DNA of 64,000 nt from Gonapodya sp. JEL0774. Lineage: Eukaryota. Within the stretch, counting starts at the first letter, position 1, and each line of letters begins with the position of its first letter. The notes under the pieces are model-generated. The model worked only from the letters and a program-made list of their open reading frames with translations, was not told the origin of the DNA and did no database searches. The stretch is from positions 62,001 to 126,000 of the forward strand of contig JADIIX010000018.1 in assembly GCA_027604505.1 (NCBI GenBank). Reading direction: 5' to 3'. Both the position numbers and the translations under genes were made by a program. Shown here one piece after another: positions 52,301-64,000 of the stretch.

Positions 52301-55300
52301 TTGGAGCTGAAACCATATAACTAAGGCTGAATCCGGCAATTGAGAGCCTTCGTGAACGAGAAGCACGGGATCGCGCCACGCTGCGTCAACGATTTCCAGG
52401 CATTATGGAGGAGGGTGATCCGGACGCAAAAGGTCTCCAAAAGACTTGCGGTGTGTGTTTGACAAAGTTGTATATCAGTGGTGTGACTTGTGCGTGCGGA
52501 ACTTGGGCTTGCGTTGACTGCGCCAGCAAATCTCACGGGGTATGTTCGATCTTTCCGAGATATGATACCAACAAGCATTTGAAGATTCTATCACCATCAT
52601 TAGACGTGCAAAGCCGAACCTGCACATCTACCCACCCTTGTTATGGGTGTTTCTGACACCATCCTAGCGACCATTCATTTCGTGATCGCCAAGGTGGTTT
52701 CTCGACCCACTGAATGGCTCTCAAGGCTGCGTAAAACTTCTCTGACACCGCGACCTCATCTAAGAGTGCTACAGCAACTTTTTGTCCAAGGTGAAAAGCT
52801 ACCCGTGTCCCTGCCTGAAGTTGCAAATCTTGGGGAGTTCTTGACAGTTGCCCAAGCATGGACCACGAAAGCAGAGCATCTCCTCGAGAACAAACGCCGG
52901 AAGGTCTACAAGACTTTGAAGCAACGCAAGGATGCCACAGATCTTGTTCGCTCATCTCGTCGGACAATATCTGCCGTGGAGGATCTTCTGCTCGAGGTTG
53001 AACCCATACCCTTTGACTGTCCTGAAATACAATCACTACAATACCTTCAACAGCAAGTCAACGAATTCCGAGAGCGGAGTGTTACTGTCCTCACCACGCC
53101 CGTGGACTTCGATGGTGATTTAGAAGCACAAGCTGCCTCTGCGAAAGAAGTTCTTGAGAGCGGATACAGCTTAGATGTCGAGTGTGATGAATTGGAAAAG
53201 CTTGAGTCCAGGGTGAGACAGCTTGAATGGTGTGAAAGGGCACGAGGTTCGTTGAGATCCCCATACTTCGACCATTTGTTGATTCTCATCACCGTGCATT
53301 AAGCCTTTTTGAATGGAGAATTCATTAAGCTCGATGATATTATCGAGTGCATGAATGACGCGGGTGATTCTGAAGTTGATTCAGATAATGCACTTTATGG
53401 AATTCTCAAGAAGAGGAAGTCACAGGGGGAGCGCTGGCGTATTGACGCTGTCGCCCTCCTAAAACTGAGAACAGTAAAATTGGAAGAGCTTAAGACTATG
53501 CGAAATCGCGCTAAAACGGAGCCATTAACACCCGAACTGTTTGAAAAGATAGAGGCGATTATTACCAGAGTCTCGGAGTGGAGGGAGAACGCTCGAGAAC
53601 TCCTGCAGCGTGCTGGTATTGATGTGGATGGTTTGGAGGGAGAGCTAGCACGAAAGAGTTTGCAACGGAAAAAGGACCTCGACAGTGACGGGGACGAAGA
53701 TTCCACCAGCGATGTTGATATGGAGGACGAAAAATCCGACGACATTCGTGAACGCCAGGGTAAGATTGATGTATTTAGGGCCCTTAGGACTGATTCAAGC
53801 GAAGGAATGGGGGAAGTGTCGAGTGATCAGTCTTTCGTGAACGGCGGTCCACCTCCGCTGCCCCCTGTCGGGGAACCTCTTATTTCTGCTGTGCTTGGGA
53901 CCTCCGGAGATATTACACCAGACTCCCCAGTTGACTCTGGGCTGTTTGAGCATCGTGCGGGCGAAGATACCGGTTCAAGTTCGCACGATCCTGCTGAGAC
54001 CAAAATCCCTTCTCTGGCCGAAGACTGCAACAGGGAGGAGGAAGAGATTGATGTGGAAAAGCTTCCTCGGCCTGCCATTGGTGAACTCCGCTCTGTGTTG
54101 GCTCGAATTTCAGGATGTCCGGTACGGCCCATTGAAATCTCGGTGCTTCAAGCCCATCTCAAGGAGGCCGATCGTTGGCTTTCTGATGCTAAAAGGGTAA
54201 CAGGAGCTCGGAAAGACAAGCCGTTACAGCCCACCCTTGAGGAGCTGGCGATCAATGCCACCAATTGCTGTTTGGGCTCACCTGATGGACGGGAGTTGTA
54301 TTGCCTTTGTCAAACACCAGAACTTGGTTTCATGGTAAGAATTTATACCCGATGCATTGAATGCTCTGCGCAAGCGTCACACATTGATTGGTTTATCAGG
54401 TGGAATGTGACGTGTGCAAGGAATGGTACCATGGCAAGTGTATTCGCATATCTCAAAAAGATGCGAAAGTACAAGCGCGCTATGTGTGTCCATGTTGCAA
54501 TGTCAACATGCCGATCTTCCGGAACAAGCGCCCTCAATACAACGACATTGAAAATCTTGTAAGGAGTGGCCGCCGGTTGAAGTTCTTGACCCAGGAACTT
54601 GAAGATCTGGAGACTATCGTCTCTGGTGTGAGGAGCTTCAAGAAAGAGATAGAAACATTTCTGAAGCTTTCACCAGAAGACATGAAAGTAGACGAGGGCA
54701 AGAAGCTCCGTGGATTGCTCAGAAGAACCGAGGGTTTGATGGTCGAGCTTTCAACTGAGACGAACGACTTGCGCTCGAAGGTTGGGGCGTTGCTCCCCCT
54801 TCCCCCCGAACCTGATGACCCGAATGCAGTCTATTGCGTTTGCCGAGGACCTGCTGGCCCGGATGACGAGATGGTGGGATGTGACAGGTGCGGTGAATGG
54901 TACCATTTTGATTGCATGGGACTGACGGCGGAGAAAGTTGCAAGTCTTCCGAGCTGGGTTTGTCCACCATGCGAACGGGGTGAACCATTGGTGAAGATGG
55001 TTGTAAAATCAGGGAAGAATGGTGGGAGGAAGCTTTCAGGGAAGAACTCCAAGATCGTCAGCTCTGTTAGCCCTCGTCCCAAGTCTAGCAGGAAACTGGA
55101 GTCGAAGGCAGTTAGTGATGATGAGATACCACACCCAAAGAAAAAGAAAAAGACGACAGATGTTCATGTAAAGTCTGAGCCAAGGGAGTCTAAGAAGCGA
55201 AACTCTGTGAGTGATTTCTTTGTGATGTTCACGTTGCCATTGTCGTCCAACCCATTCTGAGCAGCAAGACTCAGACTTGGTTCCCCCTAAGAAAAGGAGG

Positions 55301-56149
55301 CCCGTGAAGCCCTTCTATTCCACTTACCAGCCCCACGGATGGTTTTATGGTCCACAGGTTAGTTTTATTCTGCCTCGACAAGACTGATTTGAATGCTGTT
55401 AAGTGTTGTAAGCTATGTGTCTACTGCAGGGTTGGGTGATGCAGCCTTCTCCACAATCTGGTGGTTACGGTTATTATCACATTGGACCTCCTCCCTCCGT
55501 GTTCAGTCCGAACTCAAACCCACCATCATCGTCTTCTGCGGCATTTTTGGGAACCCAAGAACCTCCCCCGGTTACAGGACCACCTCCGTGGTTTCCCATA
55601 CAGAGTTGGCACCAGGGACAAGGTGGTAGGCCGTCTACATACCCGCCCGGCCCTTACATGTCCCCCTCTCCATACATCTCTCCTGGTCGCCCAAACATTG
55701 GTCAAAACTATGGACATTATCCTTACCCACCGGTTTGGGCACCCGCGGTCAACCCGAACGGGACGACCCAGCAATTTCCCCAGCAGATTACCAGTAGTCT
55801 ACTCTCTGCATCGCGTGGCTTGCTTAATACCGCACCGGCAGAAATTGATCCTGCCACAGCTCCTGGCTCAGAGAATGGAAATGGGGTTTTCGCCGCAAGC
55901 CAGGACTCCACTTCTTTGGAGCAGCCCCCTGATCCCACATCCACTCTATCTAAGTCCCAAAATTTTAGTATGAACGAGGAGATTGCTGCTTCCGCAAGTG
56001 AAACAGTGGAGGCGGATGCTCCAGCGAGTGAAACAGCAGAGGCGGATGCTCCTGGGAGTGATAAAACGGAGGCAGATTATCCAGTGAGTCAAGCAATTGA
56101 GACGATTGATCCGCCGCGGTTTTCAGAGGGAACAGGGAACTTCAGCTGA
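49315..56149 (+). CDS. KDM5/JARID1-family protein (JmjN, ARID, PHD, degenerate JmjC, C5HC2, PLU-1-like, PHD, PHD); Msc1/Ecm5-like
   Basis: EAPVFKPTDEEWADP (JmjN); VRSRGGYDLVCDRKKWAEV (ARID); CQVC..LLCDGCDTEWHMAC; GMLFS..W; VQNPGE; YCLC..ECDVCKEWYHGKC; YCVC..GCDRCGEWYHFDC. Confidence 0.92.
55993..56110 (+). repeat. Coding 30-bp tandem repeat, about 4 degenerate copies (ASETVEADAP/ASETAEADAP/GSDKTEADYP/VSQAIETIDP)
   Basis: Visible in both DNA and translation. Confidence 0.8.
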
Positions 56150-56437
56150 GAATGCTGAATTAGGCAGCAGAGGTGGTATTCTGACCCAGGACGCTTCGTT
56201 ATCAATTTAATGTGTATTATAAGTCTTACAAAACATTTGCATCGATCTAAAAAAGGTCTCTCGCCCCCTTTGGAGAGATCAATAGTGACCACAAAGAACG
56301 GGAAACAGGCGTGAATACAACACCTTCCATGTCCATTCCCATGGTTAAATCGTATTAGATAGACAAAGGGCAATTAACCTGCCACGGATTGTCAGAAAAT
56401 CGTATGCTCAGTTTATGTATAATTTATTAGCATTCAT

Positions 56438-59184
56438 TCATTCCGAGGAGTCCTTTTTCACAATTTCTGGCGTCCTTGTCCCTGGGACCGCCCATTTGTG
56501 TCTGGGCACCCCGCTCACTTGGATTGCCAGCGGACGTACCACGAAATGCAGAAGCACCAGGCCAAACACTACTGAGGCGATGCCAATCACATAATATCCG
56601 TCGCGAACCACCTCACAGGATCCACCCCAGGCCCTACAGGCAGCCTTGCCTGTATCTGCGACTGCACAAGTGTCAGTTTCGGAGGGCCCACCGACGCCAT
56701 CTGGACCAATGCAGCGGGCGACAGTTAGGTAATCGACGAGCCAAAGCACCAGGGGCTTCGTCCACGTGCCGCCAAGGTTCGAGAAGGTATTCAAAAGTGT
56801 CATATACGTTCCGCCGACCGATGGGTCAGCTATCGTCGAAAAGAAGGAGCCGAGCGAAACGAATTGCACAGTGCTGAGAATTTTATTTGGAAGCAAATGA
56901 AGTGCGGGATTTCTCAGTAGATGATGACAACATCGGTTGCACATCTTCGTTTCTCACCTAACGAAGCTGTTCATTACCGAGCTCCCCACAACTACCAACA
57001 AATACGACTGTGACCGATGGGTCATATGTCCACGTGATTCAAAATTTGCATGCCACGATGACTCGATACCTTGTAAATAATGTAAATGACTCACACTCGT
57101 CAACTCTCCTTTCGGATACGCCCAGACAATCAACAACGCCACCGAAGTCAACATCAGCCGCCCGTAATACGCCCGGAGCCACTGTACAATGTAAACAACC
57201 TCCATGAGCGATGTGCTTCCACCGAGTTCTCTTTCTAACACTCACAGTCGACCACGCTCCTCCACCAGTGGCCCACCTCGCGGCTAGAACGCCGACAGCC
57301 AGTTGAATGGGGAAATCGATCAACACAGCAGCAGCGAGAATGTCCCGGTCCAGACCCAGCTCCACGAGTTTGAGAGCAGTGACAGACTCGTTTAGTGAGA
57401 AAGGGATCTTGCAAACGAAGAGGAGAGCAAGAAGATGTAGCATATCTACATTTGCAAATTTGGTAACGGGAAGACGATTGTGGAAAGGACGGAAGTAGTT
57501 AGCCCAGAGAAGCTCGCAAAAGTTAGGGACATCTCAGCGATCATTAATTATCGTCACTCACTTGGCATCTTACATATCCTCAGAACGGTCGCGTAAACAC
57601 CGGCGGCACTCTCGACCTCGAGAGGCTGCTTCTCCTCGACGGTGCACACGTATACGGTCCCCACAAAGTAGAGCAACGACCAGAAACGCATGTAGCTTCC
57701 CAGCTGGACGACCCCTCCGCCCGAAGGGGCATACGAAGGCAGGTAGCTAGCGCAGAATTCGGGAGAGTTGAGTGCGAGGAAAACAGTGAAACTGAGGAAG
57801 TAGCCAGAGTCTCCCGAAACGCGAAATTGGGGTTGAGCTTGAGTTTTGGAGGTCGAACCATGAATTAGTCGATACATCGGTACTCACTCAGACCCAGTGT
57901 TTGCGCCGTGCTAGCGTATTCAATGTTTTCTACGAATGGGACCGCGAATTGTCAAATTCCCAGGGCTATTGCAACATGTCTACTCCACCATGAACGCCTA
58001 AACTCAGCTCACCTTTACCCAGCGCTTCAATCGCCCATCCATCCACTGCCACATCCTGCGTTGCGGACAGCATAACGAGGAAAGTGAACGCCATGGTCAG
58101 GAGAGTCACATTGGGTGTCGTCTAGTCGTATTTATGTTTAGGGGCAAGGCAAACGGAGATGTGATAAGAATGGTTCATGAAACATCTTCCAAAGAAGACA
58201 ACTGGGGGACCTGTTTACAGGTAATGCCTTTATCAGAGGGCACAGCTCTGCGAACAGCAACCAGACCAAAGAAGCACTAGCATTGATTGAAGCTTTGATG
58301 TTGGCGTGTGCCCTTCACGGGGCCAAGAGCATTTCAATCCCCTTGACTGCTTCGGTCCACGATGATCCAGAACTCACCGTCTCTAGTGCGGTGTCAACCC
58401 AACTACCAATCCACCACATAACAATTGCAGTTGCAAGTTGAACAGGAACAACCCAGCTTTTCCGCCTTCCAAGTTTTTTCCAGAAAATCGAGTCAACAAG
58501 TGGAGACCACAGGAGCTTAAGGGAGTACGGGTAGCCAGCCAGAGAGAAGAGTGCCATTTGGCTGTATGAGAGTCGAGATTTTAGGAGGAAGGGCAAGCTA
58601 GGAGGAGAGAACCAAAGAAGCTTATATAAGTTTCACTGGACTGAGGATCTGAGATTTGCTTAGAATGGCTCGCATATCGACATGATTTCCAGAAATTAGT
58701 ACATAATCACTTTCAAAGATAATGAAGGCTCTCAAGGCCGGCTTCGGCTCAGGAGGCATCCTGATGTGCAAGAGGTGAACCAACACGCGAACACACACCT
58801 TCCGAGCGTCACACCAAGAGGTACACCCTGGAGAAGATAGAGAAAAGAGAGCATCACTATGTTAGGTAGATCTTTGCGGACCTGAGAAGACATTATAGAG
58901 TAGGTTGGCATTTCGTGCTCCTCTGGCGATGCTGTCAATGATTCGTCTGACGGGTTTGAACCATAGAACAGAGGCTCTGAAACGCCAGTGACCTCGTCTA
59001 TGAGTGAATCACCACTCCATGCAGGGGGAGAGACTTCGTGTCGATGATGCGGTCGGCGCTTCTTCGAAGAATCGGCTGTTCGTGAGGGTAGAGGTGAAGA
59101 TGTCGAAGTAGACCAAGGCTGTGATTGCTGAGATTGATCCAACAATGATGATTTCTGTTCTGTCGGCCTCGGAATCGCGTTCAT
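56438..59184 (-). CDS. Acetyl-CoA transporter (SLC33A1/AT-1 family, MFS)
   Basis: LYLLQGVPLG, YPYSLKLLWSPLVDS..GRRKSWVVPVQ, ATQDVAVDGWA, DPSVGGTYMTLLNTFSNLGGTW, DGYY. Confidence 0.95.
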
Positions 59185-59445
59185 TCGTTTCACTTTCCTG
59201 GCTCGGTGAATGCACAGCGATCTGGGCTCAACACGACTGAACATGTTGATCAGCCAACAATCTCGACAAAATATGTCCATTTCCAATTGGTTGGCAATGA
59301 GAATTCGTCAGTCCCACAAGAAATCACTTGTTCTTGTAACAACAATGTACTTGATATGATTGACGAGGACTCCACAATGGACCAGTATTAGTCATGCTCT
59401 AAATGCACTTATCATGAAAACCCTCCCTTCAGCTCCACCAGGAGC

Positions 59446-63990
<4,545 letters not shown>

Positions 63991-64000
63991 GTCGCCAGAG

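Overview
Gene-dense, intron-rich eukaryotic DNA that looks fungal, probably from an early-diverging chytrid-like lineage (an inference from short GT-AG introns and animal-like APC15/53BP1 features). About 17 spliced genes were reconstructed by eye: an HHCC-zinc/Tudor-like protein, ERD2, mitochondrial EF-Tu, an APC15-like protein, a FIT/Scs3 protein, a convergent inverted pair of NTE1-like patatin phospholipases, a convergent inverted pair of full-size ABCG/PDR transporters, a TM+SH3 protein, a SPRY-less RanBPM-like LisH/CTLH/CRA protein, a 53BP1/Rad9/Crb2-like protein with a GATA finger, GID4, ATP synthase subunit d, a KDM5-family protein with a dead JmjC site, an acetyl-CoA transporter and UBP15/USP7. 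Four things stand out. (1) A 956-bp near-identical inverted repeat lies inside the two otherwise diverged phospholipase paralogs; it looks like gene conversion and could invert the catalytic halves. (2) Two inverted gene pairs sit back to back next to a FIT gene, a candidate lipid locus. (3) A GATA finger is fused in frame to the Tudor-BRCT checkpoint mediator. (4) The KDM5 protein appears to be a pseudo-demethylase. Exon boundaries are manual inferences; no database searches were run.
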